DNA of 58,159 bases, counting the filler, from Sluysia triapertura (taxonomy: Eukaryota), in assembly GCA_046118255.1 (NCBI GenBank). It is 4 parts of 4 records of this genome, joined end to end, with 100 filler letters (N's around TTAATTAATTAA, not from the genome) between each part and the next. Parts side by side here need not be neighbours in the genome. Positions count along the whole stretch, not along the records: positions 21,559 to 35,803 come from JBJNIA010002007.1; positions 35,904 to 47,101 come from JBJNIA010187490.1; 2 more parts are not named here. One strand, written 5' to 3'. Position 1 is the stretch's first letter; each line of letters begins with the position of its first letter. Below the pieces are notes generated by a model. That model saw nothing but the letters and a program-made list of their open reading frames with translations. It did no database searches and was not told the origin of the DNA. This document shows, one piece after another, positions 25,195 through 39,304 of the stretch. Position numbers and translations under genes: made by a program.

Positions 25195-26606
25195 TTAACA
25201 TGATAATTTTGTTAATAATAATGATACATAAATTTTGATTACATGTAATTTATATTCATTCTTATTTTAAAATGATTCTTGTCGATTATAATGCTTTTAA
25301 TTTTGATATAACATTATTCTTTCTATTCCGTCCAATCTTTAATTTAAGTTAATTTTTAATTGCATACAAGTTTAATATAATTTTAACTTAGATTTTGTGT
25401 TCTCAAAGTTTGATTTTAAATTCTCTTTATTGAATCTCATTTTAAGATGACTATTTATTTAATTTCAATCTAAAACTGGTTACTATTATTAAATTTCGAA
25501 TTTATATTAACTCTATTAAATTTTATTTTAAATTAAATGAATTTTAGAATTGGTTTAAAATTTGAAAATTTAAAATAAATGAAAAATCGAAAGATGAATG
25601 AATATAATGTTACACTATTATGAATTTACAATTTATTATTGACATAATTATCAAATTATTATTTTTAAACAATATATATCTTATATTTTATAATTACAAC
25701 ATTTACATTTAATTAGCAAAAGAAAAAGCTACGGATCGAATGGATGTATTATGGCAAAAAAGTGAGAAAAGTAAATACTAATCTACACTAATTCATACAA
25801 ACTAACAAGATGGATCCAAATTATACAGAATTAGATTAATTTTTGCATGGTAGAAATTGGTTGTATAATTACAAAATATATATAGATTAGAGCATGCGTT
25901 TATATTTAAACATTTAATAAAATTGACCATATAATGGAGTTAATTGTAAGGTGTGAAATTAATAATGGTGAAGTTAATCTAGATGGGAATTAAAAAAATT
26001 ATTGTCCTTACAAAAACACTGTTTAAAGAGTTATTTTGTTTCTAGTATAATCACAAATAAAAATGTTAAAATAAAAACATAATTACATTGATTTTGATTA
26101 TTAGAAGAATTGAACTGATTGTAAAATTGATCGTATGGGCTTTATTAGAAATGAACATGACTTTAATGATGTATGTGATGTATGTACTATATCCAAATAG
26201 TAAAATTAAAACAAAATACAGTTTCATTTTTAAGATTTACAATTCGATTAATATATAAATAAATTAATATAATTTTGACATTTTGTTTATTGATGCATTT
26301 TGATAATTTATTTATATATGTAGCTTTATCACCTCCCGAATCTCCTGGATATTTATCGAATCCATTTCCAGCATTTTCTGGTGATCTCGATCCTGAATTA
26401 GAATTATTTGGTGTAAAATCTGTTTGTTAGTTGTTTATTATATAGAAAAATTTTGTAAATATCCATAAATAAGCGAATTATTATAAAATTTGAGTTTTAT
26501 TTTAAGTAGTAAGTTATCCCATAAGTATAATGTACTTTTTTAGTGATACGACTTTTAAATCGATGTAACACGAGAAATATTCAACTTTTTATCAAAAATA
26601 ATATAT

Positions 26607-26948
26607 CAGTCGTGGCCAAACTGTGGCTCACGAGCCATATGCGGCACTTTGAAGGATTATTTGTGGCTCTCGATAAATTTACCATTTTCATTTTTGTGTT
26701 ATTATATTTTAAAAATTATTTTCATTCCGTATGTGTTTCAAAATATCTTAAATTACTGACAACAAATATGAAAGACTAAGTGCAACGTTGTAACAAATCT
26801 CATTTCCGTTCAAGTTAAGAATGATATGACTCATCGAAAAAATTTTTTAATAACTTTTTGCATACTTTTTTTAATACATATTTAATTGCGGCTCGCAAAA
26901 AATTTCATATTTTGAAAAATGGCTCGGACTATCAAGGAGCTTGGCCAT
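26607..26948. mobile_element. hAT (Charlie/Buster-like) MITE, right end eroded
   Basis: Left end CAGTCGTGGCCAAACTGTGGCTCACGAGCCATATGCGGC with GGCTC subterminal repeats, which recur at about 26889 and 26920. Right end ..CTTGGCCA is incomplete and no TSD is recoverable. Confidence 0.65.
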
Positions 26949-27039
26949 AAATAAATTTAAATATGATGTTTTATATTTCTTCATTTTATTTAATTGCTTA
27001 TTTAATTAATTGAATTGATAAATTGTAATGTGACTTGTT

Positions 27040-27550
27040 GCAGCATTATTGGAAAAAGTGAGTCAGATGAGGTTATGCACGTATAATGATATACAAAGTA
27101 GATGAAGGTTTTATTGCTACTAATGTAACAATGGTATAGATTTTCAGAGCTTAAAGACAAAGATAGAAGATTCAAAATGTTAGAACAATATCAAATGAAC
27201 TTCACATTTTTTTGATAAAGTACATTGCTAGGAAAGGATGATAAGTATGGCAAAGCAATAACATATGATTTTGATGAAAATAAAAGAAAAATGAGATTAC
27301 TAATATTTTTATATTTGATGATATACGATATTTTAAAAGGATATGATTTTCATTTAATTCAATTGTAAGAGTGGTTCACTTCGAATTGATTCCTGATAGT
27401 CCATCTATCAAGCCTGATTTATTTTTGTGATCAGACAAAATGAGTTAAAGATGTTATAATTGGTTGTTGTCCAGAATTATTTAACAAATTAGTCAGCAAG
27501 ATAATGCCAAATCACATATCGAATAAATTATTAGATGACCTTGATGATTA
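27040..27550 (+). pseudogene. Decayed mariner-type transposase
   Basis: Collinear fragments WYRFSELKDKDR (about 27132), VHFELIPDSPSIKPDLF (about 27374) and QQDNAKSH (27494-27517) resemble mariner motifs. Many stops and deletions; TIRs not found. Confidence 0.6.
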
Positions 27551-30500
27551 GAGTACAGATCTACTCGTCACAGGGGTTTCGGTTTCTTTACGTTAAATTC
27601 CATAAATAAATCAAATTAAATAAATCATTCAACAATAAGGAAAGTTTATTAATAACAATGCAATATAATCAATAAAACAGAAGTGGTAGAAGCTAAATAA
27701 TGTACAATTTTTATGAAAGAAATCACACTTTAAAATATCTTTTATACTCGATTTTGATTAATTTAATATTCATTTAGGAAAATTATGTTATTTTAGAAGT
27801 AGTTTGTTACGCTGTTTTTACAGTAATAACTAGTTATATTTGATGGTGATTTTAATTTGATTATTACCTGGGTAATTTTTCATAAGTAATTTTTCCTAAC
27901 AATCATAGAAATTTGATTTATTATCAACCATCATTTTCTTTTACTCTACTCAGTCTATTTTTACTTAAATTACTTCTCACATTAAAATAACAATCAGCAA
28001 TACTGTTAACATACATAAAAATAATGAATTTAATTTCACTTTATATTATTTAATTAATTTTCTATTTTTCACACCAAATTTTCTAATGAAAAATGTTTTA
28101 AAGTTCATATTCTCAAACGAACCATTTTACATATAGATTCCCCTCTTTCATAGCAATCATCTCATATTCCATTCATCACATTTGCATCTCTCTAAGTATA
28201 AAAAATTCAACATTCCATCATTAAAATTTGACTTTGTCGATATTAAGGCTTTCCTTGCAAGAACTTGGTCAAACCATACCTTCATCGAAAGGTCTTTTAA
28301 AACAAATACATACACAATTTCAAATTTAACATAGCATTCCTCATTCAAAAGTTATTCACAAAATTAATTAAGATTTTTAATTAATTAACCTATTTTTAGA
28401 CAACCTTATTTTGTGTTTATAGGTTTTATTAAGGTTCCAAGGCTTTCTAGTAATTTATAAGGCATTCAGGAGGCTGCAGATGTTTTCACCTTCATCTCTC
28501 TGATTCCTTTTCTACTTCTTAATGTTTATTATTACCACATTAAACTTATCTTTATTATTTTGAACAAAGGTTTTATTTCTCAAACATTTTAAAGATATTA
28601 TACACTTTATAATATTACTCAACGATCTTTGATGCTTATCAAGTTTTCCAGAACACTTAAAGGTTAATAGAGTCTTAGATGATCTTAAAATTAACAAGTT
28701 CAAAGATGTTCTAATACCTTCAAAGGTTTTTCAAGTCCTCTTCAAGCCTCCAAAAGGTCTCGACACCTTATATAGCTCTTTAAAACTCTGAGTTATTCTT
28801 CAGCTGCTAACCTTATTATAAATGTTTTTATTTTCATTATTCTTTTTCCAACAATGTTTATTTTTTCCAATCTATCATTTCATATTAACTCTTACTTTAT
28901 TTTATGATTCTGTACATCTCTTACTCATCTCCTAATTCACAGTTGGACAATTCCAACATTATCATCATGAATATTATCTTTAGAATATATAATGAATGCC
29001 GAATCAAATGAATAATCTCTTGATAATAAATTCTCACAGTTTTCCGCATCTATTTTATCAATATCAAATTGATTATACTCGAAATGCTCATTTTCCATTG
29101 CTGTTGACGATAATGTTTCTTTTGAATCATCAGAGGAACTATTTTGTTTCTGACATAGAACTTGTAGGTGGAAAAGTATTCTGAACTCTAGCCGATTTTT
29201 GTGTTAGAAAACTGAATTTAAGTACTGTGAAAACGAATATCTGTAGTCCATTGTTCATTATTTAGTATAATTGAGGGTGTCAGAAAAATAGATTTGTTTT
29301 CTTCAATATCTATCAATGCATCTAAAGTTGGAGCTGCATTCTATTCTATTTTCCATATATGTTTGCAAATTCATTCATGTATTTATCAATAATAGATGCG
29401 GTGGCCAACATCTTCGCATAAAGCATTCATTACATTAAAAATTATTAAATTTGTATTTGAAATTTAAAAATAACGATAAACTAAATGGAATTTCTGTTAA
29501 CACCTTTAACGTTGCTCATACTGTTTTCACACTTTATAATTTTACATTCCTTTTTATACTCAATGTTTGTATTTGGAAATAATAATCAATCTAAATCTAT
29601 GTTCTGATTCTATCCATACAAATAATGATAATGAAATTTCCAACATGGTTCATACAAAAAGGAAATAACACAGTCTTCTATTGGTTTATCACAAGATTCA
29701 AATAAAAGTAAATCTTTAGAATTTTGTACTCCAAACATGAAGATTTATATAATCAAATTAATGAAGTCATTTCAACTTTAATTTATGAAAATAATAAAAC
29801 TGATAACCGGTATAAGTAGAAAATGTCACGACGAAGAAATGGGTATTATTATGAATACGTATGAAAAGGATATTTTGTCTAACAATCAAACTTAAGTGAT
29901 ACAATAGAGACGCAATTTAATGACCAAAATACTCCATCTTAATTAACTAATAAGTGTCCATACATTATACCTATTCTGATTACGATGCTTTATTTGAAGA
30001 GTCTCCCAAACGATTCAAATATAATATAGATGATATGGTGGAAATAAATAAACAAGAACAAGGCGAAGCTTATAAGCAGTCATTCGATATAAATTAATTT
30101 AAGCAACAAGAGAAGAAAAAGAAGTAAACGTTAAAATATGTGAAAAAAATTTATGTATTTCTTATTTGTAATTTTTATTAATTATTTTTATCATTATGGT
30201 ATGCAACCATTATAAATTTTAATTATTTAAACTGTCAAATATGACATTTTTAAATACTGTTATTGTTGATTAAAATTAACTTATGCCTGTCATCATCTCA
30301 CAGCTTTTTATTTGTTTACGTGAAAATTTGCATGGTCACAGGCAATTGCTTTAATTGGCCAAAAAAATTTAATAAGGTACAATATGTATTCAATAAGTAT
30401 TCAATAGGATTACTCAAGTAAAAACTTACTTCACAATTACAATTTGAGGTTTGAAAATTTTATTTATTCGGCCAGAAAAAAATCTTATCATAGTACAATT

Positions 30501-31508
30501 GACAGAAGTTTAACCACATCTTTAAACTAACCATTTGATGATGTATTTATAGATTTTGGTTCTAAAGATCTTCATACAATTGTTTCACTACTTCATACAT
30601 CCTATGTAAAAATGTGTTAGAAGTCATAAAGCTGATGCAAGTAATGTGGATGATTTATATTATGATGTTACAAATAAAATTGTTGAAGAAGTTATGAAAA
30701 TTAGAATTAAAAACTTAAATGATATTCATTTAAAATATCTTCCTATATCTCGCGGACTTCATTATAAAGATAGACTTTAAATTCTTAGATAATGTTTTAT
30801 TAATGAAAATTATAGAAATAAAAAATCCTGTATCAAAAACTCAGAAATTAAAAAGTATGTAAATTTAAAAATCGATGCATTAAAGAAAAAGTCTAAAGAT
30901 AAAACCATTACAACATTCGATTTATTCTTACGAGTATTAGTGGTATGTCTTGAAATTATTATGTCAAAATTATAGATGATCAGAAACATTATTAATATCG
31001 AAGAAGATATTAAGGATACTATTTCTTCATCAACCTTCCAAAAATTTTCAAGTAATGTTGCTCATGTACCAATATTCTTATCAACAAAATGTTTGCATTT
31101 GATTAATTATATAATGATCGCAATTCCAAACGTAAACTACGAACGCTTAAGTAATTTAATCGACACAAGATAACGTCTAATTATCTCGATTCTATTTAAT
31201 ACAACGACTTCTAAAATAACATTTCTTAAATAATTCTTGCATTCAATTCATAAAAAAGGTATATTATTTATTATGTCAAATACGATATTTTAATTTTTAT
31301 CTTGTCTCTTTTTTAGTTGATATTTATTTTTATGCGAATTCCACCAGAGTCTTGCCTACAAGATGTTCATTGATGTTCCAATATTTCATAAAATTATATT
31401 AAACAATTTTTTATCGTGTAATCAATTAATATATTTCGAATAAATGTACTTTAGATTATTTTTGTTCTTTAGTTTATGATAAATTTAGTTTGAATATTAG
31501 AATCCATA

Positions 31509-33800
31509 TGCGGTGGCCAACCTATTTTACTAGTAAATTTTATTAAAAATTTACTTTACATATTTGCAAAACATCCATTAAAAATATCCCTTTTACATAA
31601 ACTTTCACTAACCTAATAATCATTCTCAAAATCTACAAGCCGCATTCAAAAATCAAGAGAAAACAACATTAAACTAAATCAACATATTCTACATAAAAAC
31701 ATACTTTTAAACATTTTAATACTCCCATATTTATCTCTTTTACATCCACTAAAACATCTTAATCCTTTAAAACCAATCAAACCCACAATCGAATAACATT
31801 CAAACCACAATCACATTCAATACCATCAAATTACATTAAAAATTCATCCAAAGTATTTTGTCTTTTATCTCAAAACAATCACAATCACATTCGAAATTAA
31901 TCACCAGACATCTTCACAGCAATCCAAACATTTTAAATTCACGATCTAGTATCATTAAATCCTAACAACCAAGCATACATTTAAAAACTAATTTAAAACA
32001 TCTCAAATCATAAATCTATAGAATCACAAGATAATAACAGCGTTATAAAATTTTAAAAAATCTAAGATTTTATGCATTTTAATAACAATAATAAAGATAA
32101 CATTGTCGTTCTTGTTATTATTGTTATCATTCTTAATTCCATCATTTCTTTTAACTTTCAAATATGTCGAGAAGTTTAAGATAAATAAAAAAAGTTCGAG
32201 TTTGTCCGTAAGAAAAAGCAAATTTATGAGATTTTTATAATAATAATAATAATGACACCGTATTGTTATTATTATTATCATTTTATTATTATTATATTAA
32301 TCGATTTTATTTACATTCATCAAAATAACCAAAAATTAACTGGTTAGCTGCCATCATCGGCAGTGACATTTTTCATTTACATCTATAATTTCATGTCACT
32401 GTAAATGATGGTCGGCATCACAGTGCAATTCATTCACTGTTCATCTTGTTGTTAATTTGTATTGGCCATCCAACCAGAACAAGAAGTACCTCTATTAGCA
32501 TAAAAACACTTCTGGTTGGATGACCAATCAATGCTTGCCATTTTATTATTAAAAAGTTTGTACTATTATTTTAAAAAATATATTTTTCATCACAATTTTT
32601 TTTGATTACACATTGGTGATTTAAAAATTTTAGACACAATTAAAAATTTGTAATGTAGTTTTAAAAAGGAATTTTATTTTACAGTAAATAATTAATTATC
32701 ATGATTGTTCTGAAAATGATAAAGATTATTATAACGAACTTAATAATGATAAAGATGATGAGAATAAAATTAATGCTATTAATTATGAAAACTTTCAAGT
32801 ACATAATGATGAAGATAAGTATAACATGACTAACAATAATAAAGATGATAATGTCCAAGTTAATAATGCCAAAGATGGTCAGAATAAAGTTAATGATGTT
32901 AATTATGAAAACTTTCAAGCACATTATTATGAAGATCAGCATAACGCGATTAACAGTAGTAGAGATTAATAATCCCCTAGATGACAGCGGCGAAGTCAAC
33001 AATGTTGAAGACGAAAATTATGAAACTACTAATGACAAACCTAATGACGACAAAGATAACATTGTTGGAGATGATGTTACGCAACCTAAGAAGAAAAAAG
33101 GTGTTGATGATGAAGTTAATATCAATGAAGAACATGCTTATCCGTTTTACTGCTACAAAGACAACATCCATAAATTTAAACATTACAAAGTTGATGTTTT
33201 TAAATTTTATAAAAATAATACGTCTTTACGAATTTTATGATTAAAAATTTAACGTATTCAAATTTATTAATGATAATAATAATATTTATAAATGTAATCA
33301 AGATAAGTCGATTACAATACGAGTTATAAGAATTAATTAAATTATGTCTGGTCAACAACTATCTACATTACTGATTATTAATAAGATTCTTCAAACAGTT
33401 TAATGTATGACATAATTGTCGAAGTTTACAAGGAAGTTTGTTCACAATCGGGTATTGTAAGATTTTATTTTGAATTTCCAACATTTTACATTTCACATAA
33501 CGTGTTTAGACCTAGGATCAGTGTAATGCAACAAAGTGTAGTACAAGATAAATTCCAGTCAATAGAAGACTTATTTTTTAAAAACAAACATTTTTTGTTA
33601 TGTAATAAAAAGGTGTTAATTAAATTTCATACAATTAAATTCCATACATTTTTCATACAATGATATAAAAAATGCTCTAAACTTATTGTTATCAGTGATG
33701 AAGTTATTTTACTTTTATAAAGAGTACCAGAAAAAATAATCTGAGAACATAAAATAAAATTACGTAAAAGTTCCCATGTAAATTATAAGCATAAACCTAT
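31509..33800 (+). mobile_element. Unclassified repeated element, copy B (boundary motif, C/A-skewed leader, hairpin cassette, acidic N/D-rich ORF relic)
   Basis: 31510-32290 aligns by eye with 39310-40500 (e.g. ATTAAACTAAATCAACA, ACATTCAAACCACAATCACAT, AAATATGTCGAGA). The acidic repeat 32716-33130 matches 40750-40980. The right boundary is uncertain. Confidence 0.65.
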
Positions 33801-35521
33801 AATTACAGTAACATTAGTAAATGTCATGTACAAATTTCCAAAACTAGCAGTAACTAATTCTCTCATTCATTCAACCGATTTGCCCTACGTTATCATGACG
33901 ATTCATAACTCAAACACTACACCAAAACTTCGATTACCTAATCACACAATAAATAGCACAAAAGATACAAACTATTTTCTTTTTATTAACTATATGAGTC
34001 CTTTAACCAAATACACGATACTTAAGAATCACGAAGGCATAGATTATTGTAAACTACTGGAAATCAAATTTCTAAATTTATCCATTAAATTTAAATCAAA
34101 AAATCTAAATGAAAGTCACAGAATATTAAACCTCTAAATTTATTGAATATTCACAAACTTACCACTTCAAGCTGGTGTCAGAACAGTAACACCTCAAACT
34201 GGTGCAGGAATAATAATTCCCCAAATTGGTATCATGAGCATACTATCCCAAAAAAAGAAGATGAAGCAGCTATCACAGTCATTTACAAAGAATTACTAAA
34301 GAGTATTGTAGTTATCATCGTCTGACAATATTCTAATGAACTACAACATCAAGGTAAATAATTTTAACTTTGATACTCTTAGTGTTATCTACTATTTTTA
34401 TTATTATTTTTTATTAGAAGGTGAAACATCGAGAATAAGAATCATACGTAGAAGCGAAGTATCAAAACTAAAATTTCTAATAAATAAAATTTTGTTTTAT
34501 TTTCAATTCTTGTATAAAGAAAATGTAATAATTGGTTTAAATTTACAAGTTTTAAATCAAAAAATTTTAATAAAACCTAATCATATAATTTGTAACGATA
34601 AATATAAATTAAATTTAAATTTTAAAAACAACCATAATTTAAAAATCGTAACAATCATTAACTTTCTACAACACCATAATATAAACTTTATTAAATATGT
34701 ACCTTTAATAAATAATCATTTAATATACTCAATAAATTGAATTTGTATACTTTTAAGCTAAATAAATTAAAAATTGAATTTACCAAACATACCAAAACGT
34801 TTTATGCTCAATTTCGATGTCCTTGCACGATATAAATACTATTTTGATAATTCAACTCTAAAATACCAAAAGCACAAATTTTCCATAAACTCCTAATCCA
34901 TTTGCAATAGTTAAAGCACTATATGTCCCATAAATACATCATTATCTAATGTTTCTTTTGCACCGACAATTTGATAGATCATTTCTAAGAATTGAAGTTT
35001 ATCCTCTAATAACAGCATTACATAATTTTTTAAGCGTTTTTTATATTAACGATGACTATGCTTCTGAACAACACACAGTATACTCTGTCACACAATCAAC
35101 AATATTTTCATACTAATAATTTTTGATCACATGGCAAAAATGTATAAAATAATGAGTGATTTTCAATAATTTTTAGCAGTCACAAAATGTTTTTCCGTTT
35201 TTAATCATTATCTATTGCATGCCAACATTTGCAATTAATTCAAACTTAATTGGTTCACATGCATACGTACTAAATATTACAATATTAATGACATGTAACA
35301 TGTAAGTAAAAATTATTTTTATACATTGAATTTGCAAAAAATCAAATTTTACATATGTAAACATGTAAAGATCTTTTAAGATGAAAATTAAAATACCAAA
35401 ATAGGATTTTCAGTCTTTCAAAAGCCCTTTACTCAATTGTAGAAAATTACGAGTTGTGGTGATTAAAAACCTCAAATATTCAGAACTTCAATATTAATTA
35501 AAAGAAATTATAAAAATTGTC

Positions 35522-35584
35522 ATAATAATAATATATTAATTTACATTGCGCTCATATCTACTGCGAAAGTACTAAAAAGCGCTT
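35522..35584 (-). mobile_element. Short 5'-truncated copy of the same L2-like 3' tail
   Basis: GCGCTCATATCTACTGCGAAAGTACTAAAAAGCGCTT is nearly identical to 47048-47083. Confidence 0.6.
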
Positions 35585-35803
35585 GAATATATTTAGTAAT
35601 TGGATGAATGTTTACTTGTTCTACATTCTTCATTCATTTTTATATTAAAATTTCCTGTTATTAAAACGTCTTTGGCTTTTTCCAAAATAATATCTAAATA
35701 ATCATAGAATTCATCTAAAAATTCTTTATAGAGCAATTAATAATATTGTTTTATTTATCTCGGTAATATTTAATTCTATATGTTCAAATGATTTATATTT
35801 AAC

Positions 35804-35903
35804 NNNNNNNNNNNNNNNNNNNNNNNNNNNNNNNNNNNNNNNNNNNNTTAATTAATTAANNNNNNNNNNNNNNNNNNNNNNNNNNNNNNNNNNNNNNNNN
35901 NNN
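35804..35903. other. Artificial assembly gap/linker
   Basis: Same 100-bp structure as 21459-21558. Confidence 0.97.
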
Positions 35904-36019
35904 GTGCTAGCAAGCTAATTAAACAAATAAATATTACAAATCTGCTACTTACCATAGAAAATTAAGGTAAGTCTTATGTTGTCCCTCTTTGTCCATCTAA
36001 AAATCTGGTCACCTTATTT

Positions 36020-37640
36020 TTAGAGCAAATTCTGATTTGATCTACAGAATAAATGATATCATTTTCAAAATATTCTTTACATTGTTGTTGACTTATGTTG
36101 GTGCCTTTTCGAATGACCTCTTTAGCCTTATTGAATTAAGTAGTACTAGATAACAACGAATAGCTCTTGGGCCTCAAGAATATCCATTCAATACATTTTA
36201 CCTTATTTTCACTTTCGTCTTTAAACATGCCTATTATATCTTGAACTTTAGTACTATACATTGACTGGTTTGTACTATGATATGAAGCATTTAATAATTC
36301 ATCTGTAAACATTTCATTTAATATTAGTGCATTTTAAAACGAAACAATTAAATTTCTGACGATATTTTTCTAATTCTTCATATTGTATTGATAGATACTT
36401 AAATCTAAAACAGTTTGTCCTAGATTACTTTGTCTACCTAAGCACACGACTTCTTTTCCTAGTAAAACTGCAATCAAATCCTCAGAAATTTTAACTGAAT
36501 TGTTAAATTTAGTTAATTAAGTAATTAGTACGACAAAATCGTACATTAATATGTTGATTCATATTTTTTATAGTCTTGTAGAAAAACTTGTAAAAAATTT
36601 TCTCGAATTTTGTTGTTTATTTAAATTATGCTTTTTTAAAATACAAGTTTGATTTTTTTTACAAACAGTTGCTCCTAATTTTATATATACATTTTTAGGA
36701 TACGCCAATGCATTATATAATTAAATTTAAGTTAATGAGATAATTTAATTTTTTTAACTTTAGAATTTGGTGTACATTTAGATTCAGAAGCTAAAGTTAA
36801 GTTACCTAATTTATCGTGTGTGTGAGATGGAATAATCAAGTCAACTTCGAATATATAGCCTACTTTACTATTAACAGTATGTGTATTTGATAAATTTACA
36901 ATTAATTTTATTTAATTTATTTACGTTATAAATATATTCGAAGCCATTATGTGATAATAGTTATGATAAAATCCAACCATACAAATTATTAATAAACTAG
37001 TATTATTATCGGCTTTTGCATAATGTTTTTTTGACAAACGTCATTTCACTTCGTAAAAATTTCCGCAAAAACTAAACGTATCATAATCAGTTAAACCAGT
37101 AAGTGGTGATGACCAATTTAAATTAGGTAATGATAAAAATTTGACTATGCCTAAATGATCTTCATTTGTGGCTGCTTTCCTAAATTCTTCAAAATCATCA
37201 CCCAATAAATACGTATCTAATTTTTAAGTAGGCCATCTTGTAATCAAAACAATTATCACAATTTAATTCTTGTCACGCTTTTAATGTTTTATTATAATCG
37301 TCATCACTTATAACATTACGCCACTTTGGTGGTAATGACCTAATATTTTGTAGTACACAAAGTGAAGCAGCCACATGATACACTATTTGAAAATACTTTA
37401 ATAAACATTGTGTTAGTTAAATTTGCTAAACTAGTTGATAAAAATTGAAAACTATCTGTAAAATTAATTGAAAATTTTTTAATGATTTCATATAGACCTT
37501 TATTAATTAACCCAATACATATTTTAATGTATGATGAATATAATATCCATGTATATTATGATAAAGTCGAGCACATTTTTCTACCTAGGTATTCATCTCT
37601 AAAATGGTCGTGATCTTTAACATAATTTTGCATTATTAAA
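36020..37640 (-). pseudogene. Maverick/Polinton-type (protein-primed) DNA polymerase B relic
   Basis: Collinear minus-strand motifs: KDHDHFRDEYLG, YHNIHGY, FTDSFQFLSTSLANL, YLK-LDTYLLGDDFEEFRK, KHYAKADNN, NNLYGW, GYIFEVDL, YIMHWRILKMYIKLG, GQTVLDLS, IIGMFKDE, LRPKSYS, KAK. Many frameshifts and deletions. Confidence 0.85.
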
Positions 37641-38358
37641 GTGAAATTGTTCGTAATTATATAATATTTGTTTTTTCATTTCTATTTTAATAAAATCTGC
37701 TGCTACCACATGATCTGTAAACTTTTTTAAGCTCAGTTCCAAACCATATTTCTTAAGATTTTCTTGTTTTTTTGGTATTGTTTTAAGAACAGTTTGAGAT
37801 ACTGAGATATTCTGTAAGATATATTAGTGAAATTTTATTTAATATTTAATTTTAATATTATATTTTTGTTAATTTTGATAAAATATCAAGTTTATTAAAA
37901 TAATAATTAAGTAACAATCATTTGAAATGTCAGACTACTAATATGAATCACCATGGAAACATATTTTATTAAGTATTACTCCAAAAGAACAGAGTACGAA
38001 TACAATAAGAGACAATATACATGTAGAACATTAAGGAAGTATAAATAGATTGGTTTTAGTTTTGGAAGATAATTGAAGAGCAACAGAATCACTGTTACTG
38101 AAGAATCAACAAATCATTGGAAAAATTGCAGAATTATACACAGTTATTAGTGTTACTTGTTTCAAATATTTGTAAACTGTAAGTTGTAATTGTAATAGTT
38201 TAACATTTTTAATTTAAAAGTAATATTTTGTTGAATTTTAATCATAATTGAATCCTGTTAAGTGTAATTTATTTGCTTTAAAACCATTTAATTGTCTTTT
38301 TATCATTTTTATTGTAATATTATTTAATTATTCTGAATGCTTTAGAAATCCAGATGTA

Positions 38359-38879
38359 CAGTGGTGGCCAAATTATTAGACTAAAACAGTAAAAATGTGT
38401 TATGATCATGGTTTTAAACTGCTACCCTGGCCTGGAAATTCTTCAGACATGAATCCCATAGAAAATCTGTGGAAGATTGTCAAAAGGAGAGTTTCTACCC
38501 ATAAACCAACCTTGATAAAAGTATGGCATCACGATGACGAGATCAAAGACTTGTATCCCAAGCTCATCCGTGGCATGTCTTTAAGGATCAGGAAATTATT
38601 GGATAACAAAGGAGAGCAAACAAAGTACTGATACAACAGTTTGTACATATTTGATTTGCAGTAAATTGTGTAATCATCCTACATGAATATAATTTCTGTA
38701 CGATTTGGAACTCAGTATCTTTATCTATTATTTTACTTTCATCAGAATTTTTTTGGAGAAAGTAGTTATTTTCCAACATTTTACATTTTCCGTGACAATA
38801 TTTATATACACTTTTGATTAATAGTTTCATAGTATCCTCTTGAAAAGTGTTGAATTTTATAATAATTTGGCCACCACTG
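38359..38879 (+). mobile_element. Tc1-type deletion derivative, 521 bp, with a transposase C-terminal fragment
   Basis: 20-bp perfect TIRs CAGTGGTGGCCAAATTATTA with TA on both sides. ORF 38395-38631 contains WPGNSSDMNPIENLW, the Tc1 WPxxSPDLNPIE motif. Confidence 0.93.
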
Positions 38880-39304
38880 TAAAGGTTAATCAAATAATCT
38901 TTAAATAATAATAATTATTATTAATTATTATTAGTATTAATGGACAAAAACTTTTACTATTATCATAAATTAATCAACCAATAATGTCATCATTATTGTT
39001 ATTACCTTGATTGTATTTTCCGTAAGGTCTTCACTTCTTGCACAAGTATATTGATTTTCTGATGTTCGAATATAGAATAAATTTCGAATATAATGGCTAA
39101 TTATGAAAAAACATGTCAAATGCATATAAAAATATAAAATTAAAAAACAAATAATAAATACAGATAACGATATTCAAAATATTTTTTTTCACCACTCACG
39201 AGCTGTATAATTTTTGTAACAAACTTCATCAATTAAGCAAACTTTTAATAAGTTTTTGGAAATTTATTAGAACGGCTTGCTTACAAGACAATAATGATAA
39301 TAAT

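Noticed and set aside
28000-29300. Retroelement gag relic on the minus strand (CWNC-like at about 28950)
   Set aside because: A single partial knuckle with no supporting motifs; too degraded to call.
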